A DNA stretch of 64,000 bases from an uncultured Eubacteriales bacterium (lineage in GTDB: Bacteria; Bacillota; Clostridia; Christensenellales; CAG-314), in assembly GCA_900546875.1 (NCBI GenBank), contig URET01000001.1, positions 226,069 to 290,068 on the forward strand, given 5' to 3'. The notes under the pieces were generated by a model that was not told the DNA's origin, did not search any database, and saw only the letters and a program-made list of their open reading frames with translations. Positions 27,353 to 37,780 of this stretch are shown one piece after another. The stretch's first letter is position 1. Each line of letters begins with the position of its first letter. The position numbers and the translations under genes were made by a program.

Positions 27353-28675
27353 TCAGAAAACTCTCTTTTGTATAATACCGTACTCATACGCTTCGCGCAT
27401 CAGGTCGTCGCGGAACTTAGGATGAGCAATGCTTATTATTTTTTCCGCGCGCTCAAACACGTCAAGTCCTTTTACATTCACGATCCCGTACTCAGTAACA
27501 AGATAATCGAGGTCATTTCGCATCAGCGATACGATCGCGCCCGGTTTCAGCCGAGAAACGATCTTGCTTATTTCCTCCTTCTCCCCCTGTGCGTTTTTCA
27601 CCATCGCCGTACTGTAAAGCGCAATAAATGATTTTCCGTTTTTAGCAAGCTGAGCGCCGGCAGCAGTATCGGTCTGACCGCCTGTCCCCGAAAACTGTCG
27701 GCTCGCAATACTTTCACTGCAGCACTGTCCCGTCACATCGACCTCTATAGACGTATTTATACTTACCATATTGTCGTTCTGTGCTATAACATACGGATTA
27801 TTTGAATACGCCGATTCCCTTATGAGTATCTCGGGATTCTTGTCTACAAATTCATATAAATCCGGAGTCCCCATGATAAATGCCGCTACGGCTTTTCCGG
27901 GATTGAGCGTCTTTTTACTGTTATTTATGACCCCTGCTTTCATAAGACGCATCATTCCGGTTGTAAATAACTCCGTATGCACGCCGAGGTTCTTCTTGTC
28001 CTTCAGAGCATTTGACACTGCATTAGGTATTCCGCCTATCCCAAGCTGAATAGTATCACCGTCATTTATTCTTTCCGCAATAAGGTTGCCGATTATCTCG
28101 TCCTTCTCGTTTACGGGCGCATCCGGCGACACGGGAGGCATATAATCCTGCTCTATAACATAGTCGATCTCACTAAGATGTACTTTGTGATCCCCGTATA
28201 CGACAGGATAATTCGGATTGATCTCCAGTATCTTGATCGCCGCTTCCTTAAGCATGCGCATCTCATGAGAATCGGACAACGAAAGAGTCACATACCCTTC
28301 TTCGTCAGGCATGCTTGCCGTTCCCACATAAATAGCCACCGGTTTATATTTCAGCCTTTTTATCGCGCAATACTGTAGATGACACGGCATATATGACACC
28401 GATCCGTTTTTCATCGCCGCTCTCAGCGGAGGCGTAAGAAACCAGCTTTCCGCCATAAAACTGTTTGAATACTTCGGATCCGCAAAAAAATCATAAGAAT
28501 TCAAACAAAGACTTACGTTAACCGTCACCCCGCTGACCTTTTCTGCAACGGTATGTAATTTACTCATGAAGCCATGCGCGACCGCCGGTCCGAGCCCGGT
28601 AACTATATCGTCGCCGCTTTTTACGAATCTGACTGCTTCTTCGACGGTGATCAACTTGTTTTTGTAGTTATACAT
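27353..28675 (-). CDS. Acetyl-CoA hydrolase/transferase family protein (4-hydroxybutyrate/butyryl-CoA:acetate CoA-transferase-like)
   Basis: N-term YKNKLITVEEAVRFVKSGDDIVTG and the conserved SGTGGQTD motif; 440 aa. AGGAGAG RBS. Confidence 0.8.
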   Translation of the reverse strand: MYNYKNKLITVEEAVRFVKSGDDIVTGLGPAVAHGFMSKLHTVAEKVSGVTVNVSLCLNSYDFFADPKYSNSFMAESWFLTPPLRAAMKNGSVSYMPCHLQYCAIKRLKYKPVAIYVGTASMPDEEGYVTLSLSDSHEMRMLKEAAIKILEINPNYPVVYGDHKVHLSEIDYVIEQDYMPPVSPDAPVNEKDEIIGNLIAERINDGDTIQLGIGGIPNAVSNALKDKKNLGVHTELFTTGMMRLMKAGVINNSKKTLNPGKAVAAFIMGTPDLYEFVDKNPEILIRESAYSNNPYVIAQNDNMVSINTSIEVDVTGQCCSESIASRQFSGTGGQTDTAAGAQLAKNGKSFIALYSTAMVKNAQGEKEEISKIVSRLKPGAIVSLMRNDLDYLVTEYGIVNVKGLDVFERAEKIISIAHPKFRDDLMREAYEYGIIQKRVF

Positions 28676-28724
28676 TTTTTCTCTCCTGATGAGTTTATAT
28701 TGAACTGCATAAATATGCAGTTTT

Positions 28725-29690
28725 TTACGTACTGAGTATATGAGCTATATCATAAAGTTCCTGATTGAACGTACTTTTCATATTCAATGCTTCTACTACG
28801 TCCACGTCTATTATTTTGTTATCCTTTATCCCCACTACCCGGTTGGTCTTTCCTTCTTTGAGAAGCTCAACCGCTCTCACTCCGAACCGAGCCCCGAGTA
28901 TCCTGTCTACATGGTTCGGCGCACCGCCTCTCTGGATATGTCCGAGTACGGTTGCCCGCACAGGCACCCCGGTAAGATGTCTGATTATTACTTTTAAATT
29001 CTCCGCTTTCTCGGCTCCCTCGGCACATACGATTATGTTACTTGTCTTGCCTTTGTCGTAATTCTCTCTTATGCTCTTACATATATCGTCAAGATTCAGC
29101 GGCAGCTCCGGAACAAGTATTCCTTCCGCGCCTCCGGCCAATGCACTGTAAAGCGCTATGTCTCCGCAATTCCTGCCCATTACCTGTATCACGCACACTC
29201 TGTCATGACTCGTCATTGTATCCCTGAGGTTGTTTATTGCCCACAATACCGTATTCACTGCAGTATCAAAGCCCAAAGTAAAGTCGGTATACGCCAGATC
29301 ATTGTCTATTGTCCCCGGTATGCCGATAGTATTTATCCCGCAATTGACTGAAAGCGCTCTCGCTCCCATATAGCTTCCGTCGCCGCCTATCACGACTAAT
29401 CCGCCTACGCCGCGCTTCCTTAAATTCTCCGCCGCTTTTTCCTGCACCTCCGGTTGACTGAACTCGGGCAAACGTGCAGTTTTAAGTATCGTTCCGCCGC
29501 GGTGCAAAATATCGGAAACCGAACGTCTGTTCATAGGGAATATAACGTCGTTAACAAGACCCTCGTACCCTCTTTCTACTCCGAAAACCTCAAACCCATA
29601 ATAAATGGCGCTCCTTACGACCGCCCTTATTGCCGCATTCATGCCGGGAGCATCTCCGCCGCTTGTAAGCACTGCAATCTTATTTATCAT
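28725..29690 (-). CDS. pfkA: ATP-dependent 6-phosphofructokinase
   Basis: TSGGDAPGMNAAIRAVV, GGDGS and PGTIDND (Gly/Gly ATP-type signature); 321 aa. Confidence 0.92.
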   Translation of the reverse strand: MINKIAVLTSGGDAPGMNAAIRAVVRSAIYYGFEVFGVERGYEGLVNDVIFPMNRRSVSDILHRGGTILKTARLPEFSQPEVQEKAAENLRKRGVGGLVVIGGDGSYMGARALSVNCGINTIGIPGTIDNDLAYTDFTLGFDTAVNTVLWAINNLRDTMTSHDRVCVIQVMGRNCGDIALYSALAGGAEGILVPELPLNLDDICKSIRENYDKGKTSNIIVCAEGAEKAENLKVIIRHLTGVPVRATVLGHIQRGGAPNHVDRILGARFGVRAVELLKEGKTNRVVGIKDNKIIDVDVVEALNMKSTFNQELYDIAHILST

Positions 29691-29729
29691 AATTCCTCTC
29701 CTTTTTTACCACCACGGAATTTCTTTCTC

Positions 29730-29758
29730 ATTATAACACAACCCTTACTTTTTGACAA
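29730..29758 (-). promoter_or_regulatory. Promoter of pfkA with extended -10
   Basis: Minus strand TTGTCA (29753-29758), 17 nt ending in TGT, TATAAT (29730-29735). Confidence 0.6.
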
Positions 29759-29797
29759 CGATTTTTAAAAATTTAATCAATTGTTTTATCCGCCCGC

Positions 29798-29826
29798 TTG
29801 CAATTTTGATTTGCTTAAGCTATAAT
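29798..29826 (+). promoter_or_regulatory. Promoter of the second AKR-FeS gene
   Basis: TTGCAA (29798-29803), 17 nt, TATAAT (29821-29826). Confidence 0.6.
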
Positions 29827-29883
29827 ATCTTCCGGGAATTGCTGTATGAATCTGCTCCCGAAAACCATTTATCATTATTTGTA

Positions 29884-29930
29884 TCCGGCCGGCAACTTTT
29901 ATCGGGCTGCAATTTCTGATTCCGGCCGGA
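29884..29930 (+). promoter_or_regulatory. 9-bp inverted repeat (TCCGGCCGG ... CCGGCCGGA) in the 5' UTR, ending 1 nt before the RBS
   Basis: Arms at 29884-29892 and 29922-29930 with a 29-nt loop. Each arm contains the 8-bp palindrome CCGGCCGG. GAGAGG RBS follows immediately. Confidence 0.4.
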
Positions 29931-29942
29931 TGAGAGGTCTTT

Positions 29943-30953
29943 ATGGAATATGTTGTCTACGGAAAAACCGGTCTGAAAGTTTCAAGAATAGGCTTCGGCG
30001 GTATCCCCATCCAAAGAGGCAGCGTTGAAAATGCCGAAAAAGCCATTTTCGCCGCTATGGACGAAGGTATCAATTTCATCGACTCCGCAAGAGGCTACAC
30101 CGTTTCAGAAGAATATATCGGAAAAGTCTTGCGCCGTCACAGAAAAAATTTCATTCTGGCTACAAAAAGCATGGCGTCTTCTTATGAAACAATGCTCTCG
30201 GACATTGATAAGTCACTCGCTCTCCTTAATACCGATTTTATCGATATCTATCAGGCGCACTGCGTAAAGGACGTCGAGACTCTCCATGAATTCATGCAGC
30301 CGGGCGGCGTTTTCGACGCTTTGCTTTATGCCAAAAAACAAGGAAAAATACGCTTCATCGGTATTACCGCTCATGTGGCAGAGGTGCTGAATACCGCTAT
30401 CGACCTCTATTCCGACCGCATAGACTCAGTAATGTACCCGTACAATATCGTTGAAACGCACGGCTCCGATATATTCAGATCAGCCCGATTGAAAAATATC
30501 GGTACAATGGCAATGAAACCATTCGCCGGCGGTAATCTTACCGATACACGTCTCGCGATCCGTTTCGTCCTCAATAACCCCGATATCGATATAGCCCTCT
30601 GCGGAATAGGCAGCGATACCGAAGCAAAAGAAAACGCTTCTGTCATTCTTTCTCCGCTTACACAAAACGAAACAGACGAATGTAATAAACTCGTTCGTGA
30701 ATTGGGTTCTCGGTTCTGCCGGCGCTGCGGATACTGCGCTCCTTGTACGGTCGGGATCAACATACCTCAGTTCTTTACTCTTCAGAATTACCTTAAAAAC
30801 TACGACCTCGCCGCCTGGGCAAAAGCCAGGTACGACGCCATGCCCGTCAAGCCGACCGCCTGCATACAATGCGGGAAATGCATGACTCGCTGTCCGTATA
30901 ACCTCGACATAATCAACAAGCTTAAATCTGTCGTATCCGATTTTGAAAAATAA
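29943..30953 (+). CDS. Aldo/keto reductase fused to a C-terminal 4Fe-4S-type Cys-cluster domain (paralog of 25143-26276)
   Basis: GFGGIPIQR..., FIDSARGYTVSEE. C-terminal CRRCGYCAPCTVGINIP and CIQCGKCMTRCPYNLDI. Confidence 0.8.
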   Translation: MEYVVYGKTGLKVSRIGFGGIPIQRGSVENAEKAIFAAMDEGINFIDSARGYTVSEEYIGKVLRRHRKNFILATKSMASSYETMLSDIDKSLALLNTDFIDIYQAHCVKDVETLHEFMQPGGVFDALLYAKKQGKIRFIGITAHVAEVLNTAIDLYSDRIDSVMYPYNIVETHGSDIFRSARLKNIGTMAMKPFAGGNLTDTRLAIRFVLNNPDIDIALCGIGSDTEAKENASVILSPLTQNETDECNKLVRELGSRFCRRCGYCAPCTVGINIPQFFTLQNYLKNYDLAAWAKARYDAMPVKPTACIQCGKCMTRCPYNLDIINKLKSVVSDFEK

Positions 30954-31003
30954 TTCCCTTTTCTCCGTAACTAGTAATTTCCGAATATTTTTTCCTAAAC
31001 AAA

Positions 31004-31039
31004 AAGGACCGCCTTTTATAACTGCGGTCCTTGATTTTT
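31004..31039 (+). terminator. Rho-independent terminator after the AKR gene
   Basis: AAGGACCGC-(11-nt loop)-GCGGTCCTT (31004-31012 / 31024-31032) followed by GATTTTTA. An A-run upstream gives it a bidirectional shape. Confidence 0.7.
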
Positions 31040-31318
31040 ATACGCTCCTCCGTAACACGGTTCTACAGTTTTAACGGCTGAAAGCTGCATAAACTTATAA
31101 ACGCCCGGGATACTTCATGCCGGCTCCATAAAAACACCCCGGATGCGGATTTTTCATGCGTTTTCTTTTTCTTATTCTTTTGCATGCCGAGCTGCTTTTC
31201 ATTGCAATCACTTTCCATGCCGACAGGTCGTGATCAACGGTTTTTTAAGCGTGTAAGCCTTGTATCAAAAGATTTTTTTCATCAATAAATATCAATACGT
31301 TTTGAACATAATCCGTAT

Positions 31319-32548
31319 CTATTTCTTGAAATCGCTGTACTTCTCCACTATCTTTTTAAGCAGTTCGACGATCTTTTTCATGGAATCATACGGTATGAAC
31401 TCATGACATCCATGACAATTATATCCTCCCGTACACAAATTCGGACACGGTATTCCCATATAAGAAAGCCTTGCTCCGTCTGTTCCTCCGCGGATAGGCA
31501 CGATTATCGGTTCTATTCCGAGTTCCTTCATAGCCGCAGAGGCGTTCTCCACAAGATGCATATGCTTTTCAATGATCTCTCTCATGTTGACGTATGAATC
31601 GCTGATGATTATTTCCAACGTGTTTTGTCCGTACTTTTCATTTATAAAACGAGCGGCTTTTAACGCAAAATCTTTTTTATCCATGAATTTCCCCGAGTCA
31701 TGATCACGTATAATATATTCCGCCGTCGCTTCCTGCACGCTCCCCCTCATATTGTCAAGGTGATAAAATCCTTCGTATTTTTCGGTATACTGAGGCTTGT
31801 CAAATGCCGGCAACAATGAATGAAACTCCATAAGAATCTCAAGAGCATTTTTCATGAGCCCTTTTGCGCTTCCCGGATGTATGCTTGCACCGTTTACCTT
31901 CACCTTCATAGATGCCGCATTGAAATTTTCAAATTCCAGTTCACCTATTGGGCCGCCGTCTACGGTATATGCAAAATCCGCTCCGAAAGCTTCGGCGTCA
32001 AAATAATCCATTCCGCGCCCGACCTCCTCGTCAGGTGTGAAAGCTATTCTTATCTCACAATGCGGTACATCTTTATGCGTCATATAATACTCGGCCAGCT
32101 CCATTATCTCCGCAACACCTGCCTTATCATCTGCACCGAGAAGCGTTTTCCCGTCTGTCACTATGAGATCGCACCCTTCACAATCTTTGAGATAAGGATA
32201 CACCGCCGGATCCAGCTCCGAATTCTCATTGAGCTTTATGACCTTACCGTCATAGTTCTTTACTATACGCGGATCGACTCCGCTGCCGCTGACTGCACTG
32301 GACGTATCTATGTGCGCCAGAAAACCGAGCTTGACTCCCGAAACGTTTCCGACAGCGGGTATTCTGCCCGTAACATAACCGTATTCATCCATTTTTACAT
32401 CGCTCAGGCCCATGGATCTGAGCTCATCGTACAGCGACTTCAGAAACGGAAACTGTTTCTCCTTCGTGCTGGGGAAAGTAACGCTTTCGGGATCGGACTG
32501 TGTGTCTGTTTTTACATATTCAAGAAATCTTTCAAGAAGTTTATCCAT
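31319..32548 (-). CDS. pepT: Peptidase T (tripeptide aminopeptidase, M20B)
   Basis: MDKLLERFLEYVKTDTQSDPES, AHIDT, GADDKAG; 409 aa. Confidence 0.92.
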   Translation of the reverse strand: MDKLLERFLEYVKTDTQSDPESVTFPSTKEKQFPFLKSLYDELRSMGLSDVKMDEYGYVTGRIPAVGNVSGVKLGFLAHIDTSSAVSGSGVDPRIVKNYDGKVIKLNENSELDPAVYPYLKDCEGCDLIVTDGKTLLGADDKAGVAEIMELAEYYMTHKDVPHCEIRIAFTPDEEVGRGMDYFDAEAFGADFAYTVDGGPIGELEFENFNAASMKVKVNGASIHPGSAKGLMKNALEILMEFHSLLPAFDKPQYTEKYEGFYHLDNMRGSVQEATAEYIIRDHDSGKFMDKKDFALKAARFINEKYGQNTLEIIISDSYVNMREIIEKHMHLVENASAAMKELGIEPIIVPIRGGTDGARLSYMGIPCPNLCTGGYNCHGCHEFIPYDSMKKIVELLKKIVEKYSDFKK

Positions 32549-32549
32549 A

Positions 32550-33902
32550 TTATTCTCCGGTATTTTCTTCGGTTATTATTTTTTTATTTTCCGTATTATT
32601 AGTTTCCTTTACAAAAAACTGCATCACCGCACAAAGTATCATGAAAAAGCAGGCGTATGGCATAAGCATCCGCATATCGGAATTTATCAGCTTGCTTGTC
32701 ACAAGTCCGACAAGCATCGGCGTTATTGCCTGTGCAAGCATTGTCGCAGTATAATAGTATCCCGTGAATTTAGCGTAATCCTTCCTTCCGCAATAACTCA
32801 CTATCGCAGGATACATATTCGTGATCATCAGTGACATCCCTATCCCGAATATCCCGAAAGGCACCATCATCCAATAACTGAATTCTGTTATGAAACATAA
32901 TGTCAGACTGCCCGCCGCCATCAGGATACATCCTATCCGCATTACCTTGTTCCGCCCGATTTTTTCCGCAAAAAAAGCCGACGGCAACATAAACGCAAAA
33001 TTGCATACGGCAAGTACTGCCATCATCTCTATCCCGTGAGATTCACTCCCCAATATATCCCTCGAATAAAGCGACATGAATGACTCCACCGCGTTGGTCG
33101 ACATATAATAAAACAATATTGACGCCAATAAAAATAACAAGCTGCCTCTGAATTTTCTGGAAGATTTTTCGTCTATGTCGGGAGCCTGTTCGGAATCATC
33201 GTCCTCTCCGATATAGACTGACGCCTTTGCTCCCGTCTTTTTCGCATAGCTTCGGACGTCTTCAAGCATTTCCTTCCTGAACCTGTCCTCCCTAACGAAA
33301 AAAACAACGATAACCAGACATATGAACATTATTACGGATATAGACAAAAAAGGCACTATCCGCGGTGCGTTCAACAGATTATCGCTTGCAATATAACATA
33401 TTATATAACCCAGACCCGTTCCTATTCCGCCCATTATGTTGATAACGGCGTTCCCCCTGCCTCTTAAAGGCTTGGGCGTTATGTCCGGCATCAACGCTAC
33501 CGCCGGAGAACGGTATACATTCATTGCCACGATTATAAGCAATAACAATATCGCTATTGTCAAAAGACTGCCGTTTTCAAATAAAGGTATGGCGGCAAAC
33601 GCCAGTAGCGCTACCGGTAACCCTACTATTATAAACGGTACACGCTTGCCTATAACAGTATGCGTTCTGTCTGATAATTTCGAAATAAACGGGATCATGA
33701 AGAGGGCCAAGAAATTATCCAGGCCCATCACAGATCCTATAATAAAAGTCGTGAAATCGGAGTGCCCGAGCATCTGCTCAAAAAACTCTGTGAGTTTGTC
33801 GTCAAGAAGCAGCGGTACGCACCAATTATAGCCTTGCCATAATATCATTACCGATAAAAAAGCAAAACCTATCAAAACAATATTTTTTAATCTGAGCTTC
33901 AT
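32550..33902 (-). CDS. MFS-type transporter (GPH/SLC45-like signature)
   Basis: About 12 TM segments. Loop motif LSDRTHTVIGKRVPFIIVG after TM2. The central loop is charged. Confidence 0.7.
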   Translation of the reverse strand: MKLRLKNIVLIGFAFLSVMILWQGYNWCVPLLLDDKLTEFFEQMLGHSDFTTFIIGSVMGLDNFLALFMIPFISKLSDRTHTVIGKRVPFIIVGLPVALLAFAAIPLFENGSLLTIAILLLLIIVAMNVYRSPAVALMPDITPKPLRGRGNAVINIMGGIGTGLGYIICYIASDNLLNAPRIVPFLSISVIMFICLVIVVFFVREDRFRKEMLEDVRSYAKKTGAKASVYIGEDDDSEQAPDIDEKSSRKFRGSLLFLLASILFYYMSTNAVESFMSLYSRDILGSESHGIEMMAVLAVCNFAFMLPSAFFAEKIGRNKVMRIGCILMAAGSLTLCFITEFSYWMMVPFGIFGIGMSLMITNMYPAIVSYCGRKDYAKFTGYYYTATMLAQAITPMLVGLVTSKLINSDMRMLMPYACFFMILCAVMQFFVKETNNTENKKIITEENTGE

Positions 33903-33909
33903 CTACCTA

Positions 33910-35100
33910 TTAAAATCCGATTATTTTCCGTGCCTCAACAAATGCGGCTACACACCTGTCTATATCTTCTTTTGTGTGTGCTGCCGACATCTGCGTACGG
34001 ATACGTGCTTTGCCGTTCGGTACCACAGGATAATAAAATCCTACGACATATATCCCTTTGTCCAGCATGAAATCGGCTACTTTCTGAGAAAGAACGCTGT
34101 CATAAAGCATTACGGGCACGATCGCGTGATCCTTTCCGACAAGATCGAAACCGTTCTTTTCCATCTCCTTCCTGAAATACACCGCATTCTCCATTACTTT
34201 CCTTCTGAGAGAATCATCACGTTTTACTATCTCAAGCACCTTCAGTGTCGCCGCACAGATTGCAGGAGCCAAAGTATTACTGAAAAGATACGGCCTGCTT
34301 CTTTGACGAAGTATTTCTATTATCTCCTTCCTGCCCGATGTAAATCCGCCGGACGCACCGCCCATTGCTTTTCCGAATGTGGATGTTATTATATCTACCC
34401 TTCCTTCCACTCCGCAGTATTCCGCAGTGCCTTTACCGTTTTTACCTACAAACCCCGTGGCATGACTGTCATCGACTGCTACCATGGCTCCGTACTTTTC
34501 AGCCAGATCACATATACTCTTCAGATCGGCTATTATCCCGTCCATACTGAAAACGCCGTCAGTCACTATGAGCTTGAGACGGGCACCTTCCGCATCGGCT
34601 TTTTTCAGCTGCGCTTCGAGGTCTTCCATGTTACTGTTTTTATATCTGTACCTTTTTGCCTTGCTCAGCCTCACACCGTCTATTATGCTCGCATGATTCA
34701 GCTCATCGGATATTATCGCGTCTTCGGCTGTCGTTATGGTTTCAAATAATCCTCCGTTTGCATCGAAACAGCTGCTGTACAATATCGTATCATCTGTTCC
34801 GAGAAATTCGCTTATCGCTTTTTCAAGCTCCTTATGCACGGTTTGCGTCCCGCATATGAACCTTACGCTGCTCATTCCGAAGCCGTACTTATCGTAACTT
34901 GCTTTCGCCGCTTCGATTATCTCTTTGTTATTGGCAAGTCCGAGATAATTGTTAGCACAAAAATTCAGGACCCCTTTCTTTTGCGTTGTATCTATGATAT
35001 TGGACTGCTCTGTGGTGATTATTCTTTCTTCCTTCCACAATCCCTGCTTCTTTATATCGTCAATTATGCCCGAGTATATATTCTTTCCTTTTTCAAACAT
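33910..35100 (-). CDS. kbl: Glycine C-acetyltransferase (2-amino-3-ketobutyrate CoA ligase)
   Basis: NFCANNYLGLANN, DDSHATGF and the PLP-Lys region TSTFGKAMGG. The best start is ATG 35098-35100 after AAGGGGG (ORF track extends to 35121). Confidence 0.9.
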   Translation of the reverse strand: MFEKGKNIYSGIIDDIKKQGLWKEERIITTEQSNIIDTTQKKGVLNFCANNYLGLANNKEIIEAAKASYDKYGFGMSSVRFICGTQTVHKELEKAISEFLGTDDTILYSSCFDANGGLFETITTAEDAIISDELNHASIIDGVRLSKAKRYRYKNSNMEDLEAQLKKADAEGARLKLIVTDGVFSMDGIIADLKSICDLAEKYGAMVAVDDSHATGFVGKNGKGTAEYCGVEGRVDIITSTFGKAMGGASGGFTSGRKEIIEILRQRSRPYLFSNTLAPAICAATLKVLEIVKRDDSLRRKVMENAVYFRKEMEKNGFDLVGKDHAIVPVMLYDSVLSQKVADFMLDKGIYVVGFYYPVVPNGKARIRTQMSAAHTKEDIDRCVAAFVEARKIIGF

Positions 35101-35111
35101 TTTAAGCCCCC

Positions 35112-36146
35112 TTATTTCCAATTAAGTATTACTTTTCCGCTCTTGCCGGATTCCATCAATTCAAACCCTTTAAGATAATCCTTATAATCAAACCTGTGTG
35201 TGATCACCTTCTCTATATCAAGTCCGCTCTGAAGCATCGTCGTCATCTTATGCCAGGTCTCAAACATCTCCCTGCCGTAAATTCCCTTTATGAACAGACA
35301 ATTGAATACTACCTTATTCCAGTCTATTACGGTGTTGGGACCCTGTATTCCCAACATGGCAATTTTACCGCCGTGTATCATATTGTCTATCATTCCGTTC
35401 AACGCTACGGCACTCCCGCTCATTTCCAATCCGATGTCAAAACCTTCATCCATATTCAGTCTTTTCTGTACATCGTGAAGATTTTCACGCATGGTATTTA
35501 CGGTTACCACGGTAGGACAAACCTCTTTAGCCAGCTCAAGCCTGTAATCGACTATATCGGTTATCACTACATTCCTCGCTCCGACATGACGCGCTATCGC
35601 GGCTGCCATTATTCCTATCGGACCGGCTCCGGTTATAAGTACATCTTCCCCTACCATATCAAAACTGAGCGCCGTATGAGTAGCATTTCCGAGAGGATCC
35701 TGTATCGAAAGCAGATCTTCGCTTATATTCGGATCGTCAAGCCAAAGGTTCGTAAGAGGTATAGCAGCATACTCGGCAAAAATACCGGGCCTGTTGACTC
35801 CTATGCCCTGCGTGTTCGGACATAAATGACGCTTCCCGCCACGACAATTCCTGCACCTTCCGCACACCACGTGTCCTTCCGCGCTTACAAGATCCCCGAC
35901 ATTGAATGCATTCGTGTGCCCGTTTATCTCAACTATCTCACCCACAAATTCATGCCCTATGATCATCGGAGTCACTATGGTCTGCTGCGCCCACTCATTC
36001 CACACGTAAATATGCAGATCGGTACCGCATATAGCCGTTTTATGCATTTTTACCAATGCTTCTCCGGGTTTGAGCACAGGTACCTCCACCCTCTCAAGAT
36101 CCAGCCCCTTGGCCGGATACTTCTTAACCAATGCGTCCATTTTCAT
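35112..36146 (-). CDS. tdh: L-threonine 3-dehydrogenase
   Basis: Zn-ADH motifs [42 protein letters not shown] 36146 follows GAGGTG (the ORF-track start is a GTG inside the RBS). Confidence 0.9.
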   Translation of the reverse strand: MKMDALVKKYPAKGLDLERVEVPVLKPGEALVKMHKTAICGTDLHIYVWNEWAQQTIVTPMIIGHEFVGEIVEINGHTNAFNVGDLVSAEGHVVCGRCRNCRGGKRHLCPNTQGIGVNRPGIFAEYAAIPLTNLWLDDPNISEDLLSIQDPLGNATHTALSFDMVGEDVLITGAGPIGIMAAAIARHVGARNVVITDIVDYRLELAKEVCPTVVTVNTMRENLHDVQKRLNMDEGFDIGLEMSGSAVALNGMIDNMIHGGKIAMLGIQGPNTVIDWNKVVFNCLFIKGIYGREMFETWHKMTTMLQSGLDIEKVITHRFDYKDYLKGFELMESGKSGKVILNWK

Positions 36147-36220
36147 ATTAATCACCTCTTTATTCTATCATTAAGCGGTCAGTCCGCTTTTGAAATCTGT
36201 TTTCCTCGGAAATAACTTTA

Positions 36221-37777
36221 TTACCTGTACCTCTTTACAACTTCCTGTGCGGTTTTTATTCCGTCCACCGCAGCAGACGTTATCCCGCCGGCATATCCGG
36301 CACCTTCTCCGCACGGATAAAATCCGCTTAAATTGGACTGTCTGCAACTGTTTCTAATTATCCTTACCGGTGAGGAACTCCTGCTTTCTATCCCTGTAAG
36401 CACACCGCTTTCATCAAATCCCTTTATCTTCTTACCGAATTCCTTCAGTCCTACTCTTATTCCTTCCGCCACATAACCCGGTAAAATATCCGTCAGCATA
36501 TGAGCCCTTACCCCTATAGCGTAACTGGGCTCCACATCAAATCTTTTACTTTGCACTCCTTTTATGAAATCCACGACGTTCTGACTCGGAGCAATGTAAT
36601 TTCCGAAAACGGCAAAAGCCTTCCTTTCCCACTTCTCTCTGAACTTCAAACCTGACAACGGATGCTCTCCGCCATAATCCGAAGGCCTTACTTCCACAAG
36701 TATCGCACTGTTGCTGTTTTCACCGTTTCTCGCCGAATAACTCATCCCGTTTACGACAAGCCTTCCATCCGAAGAACAGGCAGGTACTACAACGCCCCCC
36801 GGACACATGCAGAACGTATATACACCTCTCTCGTATTCATGCGTCGATAATTTATAACTCGCCGATCCTACGCCCCATCTGTCACAAGCCTCTCCGTAAA
36901 GCGCCCGGTCTATGCTCTTTCTCAGATGTTCTATCCTTACTCCCATCGAAAAAGGCTTGCTCTCCATCTTCGCACCTCGTCTGTATACAGCAGCTATCGT
37001 GTCCTCCGCACTTTGTCCGCATGCGTATATAAGCACGTCGCAATCCAACCTGTATTCCTTTCCGCCGCTTTCGCATATCACGCCTTTTACAATGCCATTA
37101 TATACTACTATGTCTTTCATAGTAGTATCAAATCTCACATCTGCGCCGGCTCTTTCAAGAAAGCTCAAAAAACTGCGCATTATTTTGCGCAGATTATCCG
37201 TGCCTATATGAGGAGCCGCAGAATATAAAATATCTTCCGGTGCACCGAAACGATAAAATATATCCAACACCGAATAAATCAGAGGATCGTTCAATCCGGT
37301 ATTCAATTTGCCGTCGGAAAATGTCCCCGCCCCTCCGGCGCCGAACTGAACATTACAATTTTCATTGAGTTTCCCATGCTCCCAGAAATCTTTTACTGCA
37401 CCCAACCTCGCATCGACATCGCCGCCTCTTTCAAGTATGATCGGCTTCAGTCCCGCCGCTGTCAAATACAATGCGGCAAACAGCCCTGCCGGACCGCTCC
37501 CTGCCACGACAGGACGCTTCCCCGGTATTTCTCCGACCTTTTCCGTTATGTCGAAAATATCGGCCTTTTCGGTGTATTCGGGATACGCAAGAGCTTTTTC
37601 GGTTTCAACGGCCAATGTCAGCACATATCTGAATCCGTGCCTTGCGTCTACCGATTTTTTTATCAGCTTTACGCCCTTGATATCACTCTTTTTTATACCG
37701 ACTCTTTTCGCTGCAGCTTCTTTATAATCAGTGATATCCGGGGTCACGGTTATCCCCCCGACAGCGTATCGCTTCAT
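36221..37777 (-). CDS. FAD-dependent oxidoreductase (COG2509-like, function unknown)
   Basis: Dinucleotide fold VVAGSGPAGLFAALYL and C-terminal YPCGEGAGYAGGI; 518 aa. Confidence 0.7.
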   Translation of the reverse strand: MKRYAVGGITVTPDITDYKEAAAKRVGIKKSDIKGVKLIKKSVDARHGFRYVLTLAVETEKALAYPEYTEKADIFDITEKVGEIPGKRPVVAGSGPAGLFAALYLTAAGLKPIILERGGDVDARLGAVKDFWEHGKLNENCNVQFGAGGAGTFSDGKLNTGLNDPLIYSVLDIFYRFGAPEDILYSAAPHIGTDNLRKIMRSFLSFLERAGADVRFDTTMKDIVVYNGIVKGVICESGGKEYRLDCDVLIYACGQSAEDTIAAVYRRGAKMESKPFSMGVRIEHLRKSIDRALYGEACDRWGVGSASYKLSTHEYERGVYTFCMCPGGVVVPACSSDGRLVVNGMSYSARNGENSNSAILVEVRPSDYGGEHPLSGLKFREKWERKAFAVFGNYIAPSQNVVDFIKGVQSKRFDVEPSYAIGVRAHMLTDILPGYVAEGIRVGLKEFGKKIKGFDESGVLTGIESRSSSPVRIIRNSCRQSNLSGFYPCGEGAGYAGGITSAAVDGIKTAQEVVKRYR

Positions 37778-37780
37778 GTT

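Noticed and set aside
28705-28726. Hairpin CTGCAT-aaat-ATGCAG followed by T6 on the plus strand, right after pfkA.
   Set aside because: The U-tract is on the wrong strand for the minus-strand pfkA (on the minus strand the A-run precedes the stem), and no plus-strand gene ends here. It is probably not a functional terminator, and pfkA and the CoA-transferase are likely co-transcribed.
36156-36220. Hairpin AAGCGG-(5 nt)-CCGCTT between the COG2509 flavoprotein gene and tdh, considered as a terminator.
   Set aside because: On the minus strand it is followed by AATGATAG with no U-tract. The T-rich tail is on the plus strand, where no gene ends. There is insufficient evidence to split the operon here.
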